The notes beneath the pieces are model-generated. The model saw only the letters and a program-made list of their open reading frames with translations, searched no databases and was not told the origin of the DNA. Source: an uncultured Gemmatimonadales bacterium (GTDB lineage: Bacteria > Gemmatimonadota > Gemmatimonadetes > Gemmatimonadales > GWC2-71-9). Taken from it: a DNA stretch of 64,000 nt. The DNA lies in contig CAWJCZ010000006.1 in assembly GCA_963841505.1 (NCBI GenBank), positions 139,573 through 203,572 of the forward strand. Reading direction: 5' to 3'. The position numbers were made by a program, and so were the translations under genes. How positions within the stretch are numbered: the stretch's first letter is position 1; the number at the start of each line of letters is the position of its first letter. Of this stretch, positions 40,401 to 51,887 are shown in pieces.

Positions 40401-43163
40401 CTAGCGAAGCGGGACTTGCCAGGTCCAGGCGGAGCCCCGGCTTTCCAGCACGAAGAGGAGCAGGGGTTTGTAGCCGTCGGGAATCTGCCAGGGCGGGGTG
40501 GCCAGCCTGGCGTGAAACTCTGCTGATTTTGTTCTCGACAGCTGGAAGGCATCGCCTTCGCGGGGAATCATCACCACCGGTTCGGGCGCGTTGAAGCGGA
40601 TCATGACACGGGCATGCCAGGGTTCGCCACGACCGGAATTGGCAAAGCCTGGCGCCAGCACGATGTCGAGGGTTCGGCCCGCGAGCTCGGGACCGAGGCC
40701 AAGTGCCATTCGGGTTCTGGAGTAATTGGCGGGCTCCTTCTCCAGGATGTCCCCGACGGAATCCTCGATGGCAAACCCGAAATCGGTGAATCTCGGCCAC
40801 TGGCCCGGGTCGAACTCCAAGTCTGCCACAAGCTCGCTGGCCCAGTCGGGGATGGGGACCGGGATGTGAATGTCGGCATTGCCGGTGGTGTCGATGCCCA
40901 CGGCGCGCTCTACCCCCTGTATTCCGAACCGGAAGGTCCCGCTGGCAGGGTCCGCATCCACCGCACGGAGGCCCGCAACGACCGTGTCATCGCGCGCCGC
41001 CACGTCGAGCCGGACCGGGGCATGCCGGACCGAGATCATCGCGCTGGCGTTGGCATCGAAGGGACCGGTCGCGACGGCTTCGTAATAACCCGCCCGCGCG
41101 TCCCGCCCATCCACGTCGAACACCGCAGCGAGCGTGTCCGCGCCGGCAGGAATCCCGTTCTCTCCCAGAATGGGCTGACCGCCGGGCTGATGGAGGGACG
41201 CGATCACTCCGCGCTCCTGTCGCCCCGATTCGATCCGGACCTGGAAGGGAAGTCCCGAGTCGGCGGCAAAGGTCACCCGCTGCGCCACGCCAGGCTGAAG
41301 CCGCACGCTCGCGGAGACCGGTTTAGGCGCGCGGCTGTAGGGAACCACCACTGTGCTGACCAGCGTGAAGGCGATACCGGGCATCCCATCGACCGCAGCG
41401 GTGATCGAGCCGGTGTAGGTCCCCGGGGTGCTGGGGCTCGACTGGCGCACCCGGACCAGGGTGGTTCCCTGCTCCACGCGGAGGTGAGGCGGCGCTCCGA
41501 GCCAGGCCGACCTGCTGGTCAGGGTGAGGGCCACCGGTGCCGTTCCGCGGGTGCGGGTTATGCGAAACGTGATGACGCTGTCGACTGGAGCCACCCCGAA
41601 AAAGGCGGTGGCCCCCGGGCGACCCGGCAGGTCCACCTCGAATTCAGCGGGGGGATCGCCCGCGCGCAGCACCCGCCAGGCGGCTTCGAGCTCGGGCAGG
41701 CCGGACCCCTCATCCACCCAGCTCTGGCCGCTGAGTGGCCTGCCCGAGCTTACCAGTGCGCGGCGGACCGCGGCCCCGCTGGCCCGACTCCGTTCCTGTT
41801 TTGCCGCCGAAACGAGAATGGCAGCCAGCCCCGCAACGTGAGGGGACGCCATACTGGTGCCGGACTTGAATTCATCGCCCACGTTCCATCCCGGCACCGT
41901 CGAATACGCGGTTCCCGGGCCGACGACTTCCGGTTTGGCGAGCTCACCGCCGCGAGAGCTGAAGTAGAGCAGCGGCTCCCCGTTTCGGGGGGGCTCAGCG
42001 AGAAAGGGCGCGGGCTGAATGGCTCCGACGGTCAATGCCCTGCGCGCGCTGGCGGGGAAGCCCAGGGTTGAAATACCCGGCCCATCGTTGCCAGCCGAGG
42101 TCACAAAGGTGACTTCCGGATGGGCGGCGAGGGCCGCGTCGATCAGGGAGTCGAGCCGCGCCGCGCCCTCGCGCTCATTCCCGACCCCGAAGCTCATGTT
42201 GACCACCAGCGGCAGCGATCGCCGCTCCGCGAAGCCGATGGCATAGTCCAGCGCCTCGATCACGCTCCCAGTCGTGGTAATCCCGCCCAGATCATTCCGC
42301 GAAATCTTGAGTCCGAGGAGCTGAGCGCCCGGGGCAACACCCTCGAATCCGCTCACACCCCCAATGCTGTGACCCGCCGCGATCCCGGCCACGTGGGTAC
42401 CGTGGCCCTCGGTGTCGAACACCAGCGCAAGATGGGGCGTGGCGGTCGAGTCATCCCTGAAGTTCACCGCGATGGTGAGCGGCGATGACAATCCGGCTCG
42501 ATGCCAGCCGAACGTTTCTCGACCGAGGAGATAGTCGTGGACCGGCTTATCGTTGGCGAGCGTCCCGTCCCCATCAGTGTCCGCGAAGAGCGCCCAGCCT
42601 TCCGGGGTGCGTCCCACCACCACCAGCAGAGAGTCCGCATTAGTGCCGTTGTCGTTGACATCGGCCGCGGGCAGCTCGCCCAGGGACCGTTCGAGGAGCA
42701 CGCCGGTAAACCAGGGAGCTGATGTGACGCTGCGCACTCGTCCCATGCCGAGGAGCCGCCGGCCACCTGCGACGATCGTGTCTCCCCGTGAAGCAAGCGG
42801 GGTGAGTGGCACGCTGCCTTCGCCCGAGAAGTCGCGCAAATCGAGAATCTTGGGCTCGCCGGTCGATGTCTGGAGAAGGCCGGGCACACCTGGATCGATC
42901 CCGCTATCCAGAATGGCGAGCAAGACGCCGCGCCCGTCCCAGGAAGGATGGCTGGCGAGGAACTGCGGGACGCCGGTGCTGGCAAGCGGCATCCACCCTT
43001 GAAGGCGAGCCAGCGCCGGAGGAGCCGCGGGGCGTCGTTCGCCCGCTCCGGTACCGGGCGGGGCCTGGCCATGTAACGCCGGTACCAGGAGCAGCGATGT
43101 AACCAGCTGGAGCACTCGGTGGGACCATGTTGCGAGAGTCACCTGGAACCTCGTGAAGAGCAT
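40401..43163 (-). CDS. S8 subtilase, tripeptidyl-peptidase II-like
   Basis: DGRGVLLAILDSGIDPG, GHGTHVAG, SAGNDGP, SGTSMASPH; long insert between catalytic D and H. Confidence 0.9.
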   Translation of the reverse strand: MLFTRFQVTLATWSHRVLQLVTSLLLVPALHGQAPPGTGAGERRPAAPPALARLQGWMPLASTGVPQFLASHPSWDGRGVLLAILDSGIDPGVPGLLQTSTGEPKILDLRDFSGEGSVPLTPLASRGDTIVAGGRRLLGMGRVRSVTSAPWFTGVLLERSLGELPAADVNDNGTNADSLLVVVGRTPEGWALFADTDGDGTLANDKPVHDYLLGRETFGWHRAGLSSPLTIAVNFRDDSTATPHLALVFDTEGHGTHVAGIAAGHSIGGVSGFEGVAPGAQLLGLKISRNDLGGITTTGSVIEALDYAIGFAERRSLPLVVNMSFGVGNEREGAARLDSLIDAALAAHPEVTFVTSAGNDGPGISTLGFPASARRALTVGAIQPAPFLAEPPRNGEPLLYFSSRGGELAKPEVVGPGTAYSTVPGWNVGDEFKSGTSMASPHVAGLAAILVSAAKQERSRASGAAVRRALVSSGRPLSGQSWVDEGSGLPELEAAWRVLRAGDPPAEFEVDLPGRPGATAFFGVAPVDSVITFRITRTRGTAPVALTLTSRSAWLGAPPHLRVEQGTTLVRVRQSSPSTPGTYTGSITAAVDGMPGIAFTLVSTVVVPYSRAPKPVSASVRLQPGVAQRVTFAADSGLPFQVRIESGRQERGVIASLHQPGGQPILGENGIPAGADTLAAVFDVDGRDARAGYYEAVATGPFDANASAMISVRHAPVRLDVAARDDTVVAGLRAVDADPASGTFRFGIQGVERAVGIDTTGNADIHIPVPIPDWASELVADLEFDPGQWPRFTDFGFAIEDSVGDILEKEPANYSRTRMALGLGPELAGRTLDIVLAPGFANSGRGEPWHARVMIRFNAPEPVVMIPREGDAFQLSRTKSAEFHARLATPPWQIPDGYKPLLLFVLESRGSAWTWQVPLR

Positions 43164-43181
43164 TCTACGAACCGGCGATCG

Positions 43182-44801
43182 TCAGGCTGGCAAGACGAAC
43201 GGGCCGAGATGTGAACCGGGATTCCGGGCCGCGACCCGAAGAAGGAACCCCAGGGTGGGCCTGGTCTCCTCCGGCGTCACGATCAGGTCGACATGACCCC
43301 GCGCCGCGGCGTGGGTCGCATCCAGGTCGCGATCGTAGTCGGCGCGCATCTGCTCGATCGCGGCGGCCGTGTCGGCCTCCGTGGTACGACCTTCCTGCCT
43401 GGCCCGTTCGATTTCCCGTCCATGCACCGCCATGACCGCCGCTTCGCCCTCCATCACTCCCATTCTCCCGGAGGGCCAGCTGAGCAGAAAATCCGGGTCA
43501 AAACCTTGCCCGGCCATGGCGTAGTATCCCGCCCCCGAGGCGTGATTCACCGTCAGGACCAGCTTGGGGACGGTCGCCGCGGCCATCGCTTCGACGAACC
43601 GAGCGCCGGCCCGAATAATCCCCGCGTGCTCGGCGTCGGTTCCCACCATGAATCCACTGACGTCCTGAATGAACAGCAGCGGAAGACCCTCCCGGCTCGC
43701 GGTTTCAATGAAGTACGCGGCCTTCTCCGCCGACTCCGGATAGAGAATGCCGCCGGTGCGGGGACGCTCGTTCGGTTTTCCCTTCACCAGACCGCGCTGG
43801 TTGCCGAGCACCGCCACCGGCCGCCCTTCGATCCTTCCGTGCCCGCAGAGTATTTCCCGGGCGAGATCGGGCTGAAATTCGAGGAAATCACCGCCATCGA
43901 GAAGGCACGCCAGGATATTCCGCATGTCGTAGGACATCCGGTGATCCTGAGGAAGGATTTCGTAGAGGCGTTCGGCGGGGCTCGCGGCGGGTCTTCCCGG
44001 AGGATTGGAAGACGGCGTTACCAGCTCGGGAAGCAGCCCCACGTACTCCCGGATCCGCTCCAGGCACTCGGCATCGTTCGGGGCGCGATAGTGGGCGACC
44101 CCGCTGACCGTGGTGTGGGTGACTGCGCCGCCCAGGGTTTCCGCATCAACTTTCTGGCCGATCGCTCCCGCCACGAGGTTCGGGCCACCCAGGCCCATGA
44201 AGCTGGTGCCCTCTACCATGAAGATCACGTCCGAGAGCGCCGGAAGGTACGCCCCACCGGCGACGCAGCTTCCCATCACCGCGGCGATCTGGGGCACCTT
44301 GAGGTACCGGCGCATCAGCACGTTGTAGTAGAAGAGCCGAGCGGCTCCATACTGGCCCGGAAAGACCCCGCCCTGATAGGGAAGGTTCACCCCGGCGCTG
44401 TCCACCAGGTAAATGATAGGGATCCGCTGGCGCATCGCGATCTCCTGCGCCCGAAGCATTTTCCCGATAGTCTCCGGCCACCACGCGCCCGCCTTCACGG
44501 TGGCGTCGTTGGCGACCACGACGACCTCACGACCGGCCACCACCCCTACCCCGGTGATGACTCCCGCGCCCGGCGCCTGCCCATCGTAGCGATCCCAGGC
44601 GACCAGCAGGCCGATCTCGACCCAGGCGGCACCGGGATCGAGCAAGGATCTGACGCGCTCCCGGGGAGGAAGCTTGCCCTGGGCGCGCATACGGTCGGCG
44701 CGTTCGGTGCCGCCGCCCTCGCGAAGGCGATCCGCCAGGGTCCGATACTCCGCGGTGAGTTGACGGAGACGGGCGACCCTGGGTCCGGTATCAGTGGTCA
44801 A
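43182..44801 (-). CDS. Acyl-CoA carboxylase carboxyltransferase subunit (methylcrotonyl-CoA carboxylase beta-like)
   Basis: [48 protein letters not shown] start at 44801 overlapping the upstream stop. Confidence 0.92.
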   Translation of the reverse strand: MTTDTGPRVARLRQLTAEYRTLADRLREGGGTERADRMRAQGKLPPRERVRSLLDPGAAWVEIGLLVAWDRYDGQAPGAGVITGVGVVAGREVVVVANDATVKAGAWWPETIGKMLRAQEIAMRQRIPIIYLVDSAGVNLPYQGGVFPGQYGAARLFYYNVLMRRYLKVPQIAAVMGSCVAGGAYLPALSDVIFMVEGTSFMGLGGPNLVAGAIGQKVDAETLGGAVTHTTVSGVAHYRAPNDAECLERIREYVGLLPELVTPSSNPPGRPAASPAERLYEILPQDHRMSYDMRNILACLLDGGDFLEFQPDLAREILCGHGRIEGRPVAVLGNQRGLVKGKPNERPRTGGILYPESAEKAAYFIETASREGLPLLFIQDVSGFMVGTDAEHAGIIRAGARFVEAMAAATVPKLVLTVNHASGAGYYAMAGQGFDPDFLLSWPSGRMGVMEGEAAVMAVHGREIERARQEGRTTEADTAAAIEQMRADYDRDLDATHAAARGHVDLIVTPEETRPTLGFLLRVAARNPGSHLGPFVLPA

Positions 44802-45195
44802 GGTGTTCGGAAGCCCAGGCTTTGATGTAGTCCACCAGGTCGGCGGTCGCGGTGCCCGGCCCGAAGAGCTTTCCAGTCCCCCGTTCCTGGAGGGCGTCGA
44901 TATCTCCCTGCGGAATGATGCCACCTCCGGTGAGCAGGATATCGGAACGCCCCTGTCCATCGAGAAGCTGGCGCACGCGGGGAAAGAGCGTCATGTGCGC
45001 CCCGCTCAGGATCGAGAGTCCCACCACGTCGACGTCTTCCTGGATGGCGGCGGTCGCGATCATCTCGGGGGTCTGATGCAGGCCGGTATAGATGACCTCC
45101 ATCCCGGCATCCCGCAGGGCCGCCGCGACGACTTTGGCACCCCGGTCATGTCCATCGAGACCCGGCTTGGCGACCAGCACACGGATTGGGCGCAT
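44791..45195 (-). CDS. B12-dependent acyl-CoA mutase, cobalamin-binding small subunit (IcmB/McmB type)
   Basis: [14 protein letters not shown] (DxHxxG), [15 protein letters not shown]. Confidence 0.96.
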   Translation of the reverse strand: MRPIRVLVAKPGLDGHDRGAKVVAAALRDAGMEVIYTGLHQTPEMIATAAIQEDVDVVGLSILSGAHMTLFPRVRQLLDGQGRSDILLTGGGIIPQGDIDALQERGTGKLFGPGTATADLVDYIKAWASEHLDH

Positions 45196-46394
45196 CAGCG
45201 GAACCGGAGCAGAGCGGCAAGGCCGTTGATGGTCTCCGCGGCGTCGGGCTCGAACACCACGTCCAGATCGATCCGCTGGCGCAAAGCTTCTTCGATGGCG
45301 TCGTCGATCACATCGGGAACCGGAACGGCGTTCCCGATCCCGCGGCAGTCGCGCGGGTTCAGGGTCAAGCGCCCGGTCTCCGCGCAGCGGAATCCGGGGA
45401 CTCCCGCGTCGGCGCGGATCAGCAGCGTTCTCACCTGCCCCTTGCCCAGTGCTTCGAGGGTCGGCGCGATTCCGTTGATCGACCAGCCCGATCCCTGGCC
45501 GAGCAGCATCTCGGCGACCTGGTGTCGCTCGAGCTTCCGCTCGTAGCTCTCCCGCACCTCGAGGACCTGGCGATGGACATCCGCGGCGCTGCCATTCTTG
45601 CGGGAGCTGCGAACCGTTCCCATCACCTTCCCGGCGAGGTATGGGTGCAGGAATTTCTTGAGCGATTCGGCCTCGTTGCCGCTCGACCCCAGGACGATTC
45701 CCCGCACCGGCTCGCGCCGGTCGAGATCGAACACCCGGTTCGCCACCTCGGCAAACAGGTGATCCCGCTCGTGACGGAGCCGGCTGTGGTACCGGTACTC
45801 TCCAACACCGGGGGCGCCGTGGCGGTCGAAGTGGTACCGCCTGCCCCGCGCGCGCGCCGAAGGGATGTTCTCCAGCGGCTTGGCCTCGAACGCCGTGATC
45901 TGATAGACGGTGGCACCCGACTTGTCGAGGTAGACGGCGATGAGACGACCGACCTCGTCCTCAATGGCAGCCAGCTCGCGCACCAGGGCCGTCCGCGCAA
46001 CCAGCAACCGGGACCGATAGACCCGGGGAAGCGGAATCATCTCGAAGAGATCGAGCGCGTCGCAGGAGAACAGCGCGAGTCCCTGGGTGTGGGGCAGATC
46101 GTCCGGCGCGCGGATCCCCTCGAGGACCCGGTCCAGGTCGCCCCGCACTTCGCTCATCTCATCCCGGGAGAGGCCTTCGGCGGGCAGCGCCTCGATGACG
46201 TCGCGCACCCGGTTCTTGAGCTTGATGAGGTACTTCCCCCGTACCCGGTCTCGCGGCTCGAGCTTGAGGTAGCAGCTCACGATCCAGTGTTTACCGGCCT
46301 GAACCCGGACCAGACGCTGGAGCTGCCGCTGGATCTCGGGCGCCGAAGGCTCGCGCCTGATGCCGATCCGGCGCCGGGACGTTCGAGGCGCCAT
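45195..46394 (-). CDS. Bacterial aeRF1/pelota-superfamily (baeRF) protein
   Basis: Three-domain eRF1 layout: IVSCYL...GLALF; LIAVYLD; L7Ae-like [17 protein letters not shown]...GLAALLRF. No GGQ or NIKS. Confidence 0.85.
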   Translation of the reverse strand: MAPRTSRRRIGIRREPSAPEIQRQLQRLVRVQAGKHWIVSCYLKLEPRDRVRGKYLIKLKNRVRDVIEALPAEGLSRDEMSEVRGDLDRVLEGIRAPDDLPHTQGLALFSCDALDLFEMIPLPRVYRSRLLVARTALVRELAAIEDEVGRLIAVYLDKSGATVYQITAFEAKPLENIPSARARGRRYHFDRHGAPGVGEYRYHSRLRHERDHLFAEVANRVFDLDRREPVRGIVLGSSGNEAESLKKFLHPYLAGKVMGTVRSSRKNGSAADVHRQVLEVRESYERKLERHQVAEMLLGQGSGWSINGIAPTLEALGKGQVRTLLIRADAGVPGFRCAETGRLTLNPRDCRGIGNAVPVPDVIDDAIEEALRQRIDLDVVFEPDAAETINGLAALLRFR

Positions 46395-46395
46395 C

Positions 46396-47991
46396 CTAGA
46401 AGAATACCGGTTCGTGGTATGCGCCATACACGTTTTCCAGCACTTCGCGGATCTCAAAGAGGGTGCAGTAGGACCGGGCGCAATCCAGCATCGCCGGAAT
46501 CACGTTCTTGTCGAGCATGGCCGCTTCCCGCAAGGCCTCGAGACTCCGGGCCACCCGCTCCCCATCCCGCTCGATACGCAGCCGGGCGAGCCCGGCGCGC
46601 TGGGTCACATCGGCTTCGTCGCCGATCCGGAGAATCTCGACTGGAGCCTCCTCGGTTTCCACGAAGTCGTTGACCCCGACGATGGCCTGACGCCCGCTCT
46701 CGACCTCCTCCTGAAACCGCGCCGCGCTCCGGGCAATCTGCCGCTGGAACCATCCCGACTCGATCGCCGCCACCACCCCGCCCTGCGCCTCGATTTCCTG
46801 GAAGAGCGTTTCGGCTTCCTGTTCCATGGTATCGGTCAGCGATTCGACGAAATACGAGCCGCCGAGCGGATCGACGACATTCGGCACCCCGCTTTCGTAC
46901 GCCAGGATCTGCTGGGTCCGAAGCGCGATGCGGACCGACTCCTCGGTGGGGAGCGCCAGCGTTTCATCGAGGGCATTGGTGTGAAGCGACTGGGCGCCGC
47001 CCAGCACCGCCGCGAGCGCCTGATAGGCCACCCGCACGATGTTGTTGTAGGGCTGCTGCGCGGTCAGGGTCACGCCCGCGGTCTGGCAATGGAACCGCAT
47101 CTTCCAGCTCCGCTCGTCCTTGGCCCCGTATCGCTCGCGCAGGTGGCGGGCCCAGATCCGCCGGGCCGCCCGCATTTTGGCGATCTCTTCGAAGAAATCG
47201 TTGTGCACGTCCCAGAAGAAAGAGAGTCGGGGCGCGAAACTGTCCACCGGAAGACCCCGGGCAATCCCGTGTTCGACGTAGCTGAATCCGTTGGCGAGGG
47301 TGAACGCGAGCTCCTGCACCGCCGTGGCGCCGGCTTCCCGGATGTGGTATCCCGAAATCGAGATCGTATTCCATTTCGGGGTATGCTCGGAGGCCCACTC
47401 GAACAGGTCCACGATGACTTTGAGCGCCGGCTCGGGCGGGTAGATCCAGGCGTGCTGGGCGACGAATTCCTTGAGAATGTCGTTCTGGATGGTGCCCTGG
47501 AGCTTCGCAATGTCCACTCCCTGACGCTCGGCGGCCGCGACATAGAAGCAGAACAACATGGCGGCGGGCCCGTTGATGGTCATCGAGGTGGAAACCTGAT
47601 CGAGCGGTATGCCGGCAAACAGGTCTTCCATGTCGCGGAGGCTCGAGATCGCCACGCCGCATTTGCCCACTTCCCCTTCGGCGCGCGGGTGATCAGAGTC
47701 GTAGCCCATCAGGGTCGGAAAATCGAAGGCGACGGACAGTCCGGTTTGCCCCTGGCTCAAGAGAAACTTGTAGCGCTGGTTGGTATCTTGGGCGGTGCCG
47801 AAGCCGGAGAATTGCCGCATGGTCCAGAGCCGGCCCCGATACATGTCGGGGTGGATGCCCCGGGTGTAGGGAAAGCGCCCAGGGCGCTCTTCTTCATGGG
47901 CGGGTCGCACGATCGTCGGGACCGTACACGGTTTTGACTCGGCGGCCGGAACCCGTGCGTGAACGCTCGATCGGTCATACTTGGGCTCCAT
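46396..47991 (-). CDS. B12-dependent acyl-CoA mutase large subunit with isobutyryl-CoA mutase signature
   Basis: [57 protein letters not shown]. Confidence 0.93.
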   Translation of the reverse strand: MEPKYDRSSVHARVPAAESKPCTVPTIVRPAHEEERPGRFPYTRGIHPDMYRGRLWTMRQFSGFGTAQDTNQRYKFLLSQGQTGLSVAFDFPTLMGYDSDHPRAEGEVGKCGVAISSLRDMEDLFAGIPLDQVSTSMTINGPAAMLFCFYVAAAERQGVDIAKLQGTIQNDILKEFVAQHAWIYPPEPALKVIVDLFEWASEHTPKWNTISISGYHIREAGATAVQELAFTLANGFSYVEHGIARGLPVDSFAPRLSFFWDVHNDFFEEIAKMRAARRIWARHLRERYGAKDERSWKMRFHCQTAGVTLTAQQPYNNIVRVAYQALAAVLGGAQSLHTNALDETLALPTEESVRIALRTQQILAYESGVPNVVDPLGGSYFVESLTDTMEQEAETLFQEIEAQGGVVAAIESGWFQRQIARSAARFQEEVESGRQAIVGVNDFVETEEAPVEILRIGDEADVTQRAGLARLRIERDGERVARSLEALREAAMLDKNVIPAMLDCARSYCTLFEIREVLENVYGAYHEPVFF

Positions 47992-49015
47992 CTTTGAGGC
48001 CGGCCAGGATTTCTTCCGCGAGTCCGTAGGGACTCAATCGCCCCGCAACAACCTCCTCCAACTTGTCCTGAAGCATCGTTTCGGCGCGAGTCTCATTCCA
48101 GACGTATCGATGCAATGCCCCGATCCACCACCTCCCGGGTTCGCGCGGCAAACCGGTGCCGACGCCGTTCCTGGAGGGTGCCGTGCGATTCGGCCCAGTC
48201 ATGGTGCCGATCCAGTGCCTCGCCCAGCTCCGCTAACCCGCTCCCGCTGGTGGCCGCGGTGAGCAGCACCGGCGGGGTCCACTGGTCCGGGGCCGACGTC
48301 GGGGCGGGGCGTTCCCGGTCCGGCCGGCCCGGAGACGCCGTGATGTCCCCGCATACCCCGATAGGCCCTACCCTGCCGGATCGCGATGGTGGACTCGATC
48401 TCGCGCGCCAGGTTGCCGGCGCCGGGACGGTCCGCCTTGTTCACCGCATAGACATCCGCGATTTCCATGATACCCGACTTGAGGGCCTGGATCCCGTCTC
48501 CCGACTCGGGCACCAGGACCAACACGGTGGTGTCCGCCATGGTGGTGACGGCGAGCTCCGACTGGCCGACCCCTACCGTCTCGATCAGGATCCGATCGAA
48601 CCCGGCGGCGTCCAGCACGTCGCAGACCTCGCGGGTAGCTGGTCGCCAGGCCTCCCAGCGAGCCGCGGGTGGCCATCGAACGGATGTAGACGCCCTGGTC
48701 CAAGGCCACCGTCTCCATCCGGATCCGATCGCCAAGCAAGCGCTCCCCCACTGAACGGGCTGGTCGGATCCACCGCGACCACCGCGACGGTTAACCCGGC
48801 CTGCCGCCAGTGCTGGACCAGCTGCTGGGTGAGCGTGGACTTGCCGGCTCCGGGCGGTCCGGTGATCCCGATCCGCCGGGCTCCGGCCGAGACGAGGATG
48901 CAGGCCCGCCAGGAGCTGCTCGAAGCCGGGCCGGGCATTCTCGACCGGCGAGATCGCCCGCGCCAGACTGCGGGTTCCCGACGGCGAGCTCCCGGGAAAC
49001 GGCTTCGGGCGCCAT
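47975..49015 (-). CDS. meaB: Mutase-associated GTPase MeaB (frameshifted)
   Basis: [50 protein letters not shown]. Confidence 0.92.
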
Positions 49016-49058
49016 CCGTGGAAATTAACCGCTGCCCGCGACCGTCAGGACGGACGCA

Positions 49059-50241
49059 CTACCGAGGGTCGTCGTCGCGGGCGGCCCTCGACGGATCAGG
49101 GCGCGTTCTACCCGGGTGGGCGTGGCATTGAGCACGTCGATCTCGAGGCCGCTGAGGGTCGAAAGCGTTCCCCGCTCGCCGGAAAGCGCCCGGCCAGCTC
49201 CACCAGCCGACCTCCAATGGTGCTGGCGCGGCCCGCGGGAAACGGGACTCCGAAGTGCTCCTCGATCTCGGCGAGCGACCGCGATCCTTCGACGTCAAGT
49301 AACTCGGGAGCTCGGCGGGGACGGAGCGACGACGGCCTCCTCTTCGTCGACGATTTCTCCGACCAGCGCTTCCATCAGGTCCTCCATCGTCACGATGCCG
49401 AGCGTTCCGCCGAATTCGTCGAGCACGACCGCGAGGTGGCGCCGCTCCCGCTGCATATCGATCAGCAGGTCCCCGCAGGAGCCGGCTGGCCGGGACCTGG
49501 GCGACCGGCCGGACTGGGAACCGCTTCGCCGGGGTCGAACCGGAAGACGTCGAACGCGTGCACCATGCCGACCAGCTCATCGAGGGTTCCCCGGTACACC
49601 GGCAATCGGCTGTATCCACTCTGCACGAAGGCGTCCCGCATTTCCTCGACCGAGGCCTCCTCGGGAATTGCCACGAGGTCAGTGCGAGGGGTCATGACCT
49701 CGCGCACGATTCGTTGGGAGAAATGGAGCAGGCCGCCGACCCGGAGCAGCCGCTCGTCCGGGGAGCCGCCGCCCGCTTCTCGTTCCCGCCACAAGTCGCT
49801 GACCAGCGCTTCCGGTTTGACCGTCGGAGCAGGAAGGATTGCACCGAGGAGCCTGGTCCATGGTCGGAGGAGCGGCCCCAGCTGCTGCGCGATCCGGTCG
49901 GCGCGCCGATGGGTGAGATACCGAGGGAGCACGTAACCGCTCAGGACGACCGCGGGAACCGCGAGCAGGATGAAAAGCACGCCGAACTCGGTCAGACTGG
50001 CGCCCGCGAAGAGCCAGGGAAATACCGCCCCCGAGGACCGCGATTCCCAGGGTGGTGGTGACCGAGGCCGCGGCGAGCTCGCGCTCCAGCCCGGGCAGCC
50101 ACTCCAGGGCGGCGGAACCGCCCCGCAGCTTGCGGGAGACGATATCGGTCAGTCGTTGGCGACTCGAGGCGATCAGAGCGGCCGCGGCGGTGGCGCCAAC
50201 ACCGTGATCGCGAGACCGGCGAGGGCGAGGAGCCAGATCAT
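49059..50241 (-). CDS. Hemolysin/CNNM-family CBS-CorC protein (frameshifted; 3' end approximate)
   Basis: N-terminal TMs, [33 protein letters not shown]. Confidence 0.85.
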
Positions 50242-51482
50242 CGGGGGCCCGCAGCCTGCGCCGCGGCCGGGGCCCGGCTGTTGTCCCTCACGGCGAGCAC
50301 CGGGGTGACCACCACTCGCCGGATCCGCCGCCGTACGATCTGCTCGACGGTAAATCGGAAGCCCTCTGTGGCGATGCCTTCGCCGGTCCGGGGAACCCGC
50401 CCGAACAGGGCAAGGACCAGGCCACCCACGGTGCTGACATCCTCTCGGTCGAACCCGTGCTGGAGCTCGGCCTCCAGCTCCGCCAGGGGCGCGCTCCCGT
50501 CGACCACCCAGGCCCCATCGGCGCGCCGCTCGAGCGGGCGCTACCTCCTCGGTGTCGTATTCGTCCCGGATTTCGCCGACCACCTGCTCCAGCACATCCT
50601 CGAGGGTGACAATCCCGGAGGTGCCTCCGAACTCGTCGACCACCACCACGAGGTGGCTCCCGCTCCGCTGGAAGTCGCGGAGCTGGCGGTCGAGCGTCTT
50701 CCCTTCCGGCACGAAACCCACCGGGCGGATCAGGGGGTGCCAGTCGGACGGGCTCCCCCTCGAGGCCTAACCCGGGAAGCAGGTCCTTGGCGTAGATCAC
50801 CCCGACCACGGAATCGGGGTCCCCGTCCACGACCACCAGCCGGGAGTGCTCGGCCCGCCGGAAGGTGTCGACCACCTGATCCCGGCGCGATGGAGAAATC
50901 CACCGAAACGATATCGAGCCGGGGCGTCATCACCTCGGAGACGGACATCTCGGTGAGGGCCAGGAGCCCGGTGAGCATGTCGCGCTGCCTCCGGCTCGGA
51001 CTCCCCGGAGGGCCGTCCCGGGGCGCCGCCGTCTGGCGCCGGAAGCCCCGGTCGGCCCAGGCCACCGCAATCAGCAGGGGGCCGGAAGAAAGCCAGGGTG
51101 AGCTGGACGAACCGCCCCTCGAAATGCACCAGGCCAGGTTCGTTGGCGGCCCAGAGCCGAGGAGCCAGCTCGCCAAGAATCCAGACCAGAAGGACCGCAG
51201 TCAGGAAGCGAACCAGCGCGGTTTGGGCCGGCCAGGCCCACCAGGACACCGCCGTCCCGGCAAGGGCCGCGGCCAGCGCCAGCATTGCGAGGTGCAGGAC
51301 GTGAAGGCTGCGGGCCGGACTCATCGGGGTACGATCTGGCCGCTCGGTCCCGGGGCGAGGAGGCGCGGCAACCCGAGATCGTCCTGCTCCGCCAGGGCAA
51401 TGAGCGCCGAGCCGAGCGTGAAAAGCGCAGCCAGGAGAGGGGCGACCCAGAGCTGAAGGGCCGCCAGAATGGTGCGGATCAC
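50238..51482 (-). CDS. Hemolysin/CNNM-family CBS-CorC protein (frameshifted)
   Basis: TMs, [52 protein letters not shown]. Confidence 0.87.
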
Positions 51483-51886
51483 CCGAGACGCCTCACCAGA
51501 CGTTCCTGCCGCCGCCACATGGCGGACTTCACGCTTCTCTCCCCTTCCGGATGATCATAGCCCAGCACATGTAGCACCCCGTGGACAATGAGTCGGACCA
51601 GCTCCTGCCGAACCGGGATACCCCGCTCCCGGGCCTCGCGGGCCGCCACCCAGGGACAGATATATACGTCGCCTGCGAGGGAACCATCGGGAAGGTCGAG
51701 TGGAAAGGCGATCACGTCGGTGGGCTCGTCGCGACCGAGCCAGCGACGATTGAGACGGCGGATCCCTTCGCGGCCCAGGAAGGTGATGGAGAGCTCGGCC
51801 GCTGACCGTTCGGCGGTGAGGACGCCCTCCGCGACGCGGACCACGGCAGGCCGGGACAGCGGAGCGGGCCGACCCGCAACCCTCAC
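51479..51886 (-). CDS. ybeY: rRNA maturation endoribonuclease YbeY
   Basis: PTDVIAF, GDVYIC, HGVLHVLGYDH. Confidence 0.95.
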   Translation of the reverse strand: MRVAGRPAPLSRPAVVRVAEGVLTAERSAAELSITFLGREGIRRLNRRWLGRDEPTDVIAFPLDLPDGSLAGDVYICPWVAAREARERGIPVRQELVRLIVHGVLHVLGYDHPEGERSVKSAMWRRQERLVRRLG

Positions 51887-51887
51887 G

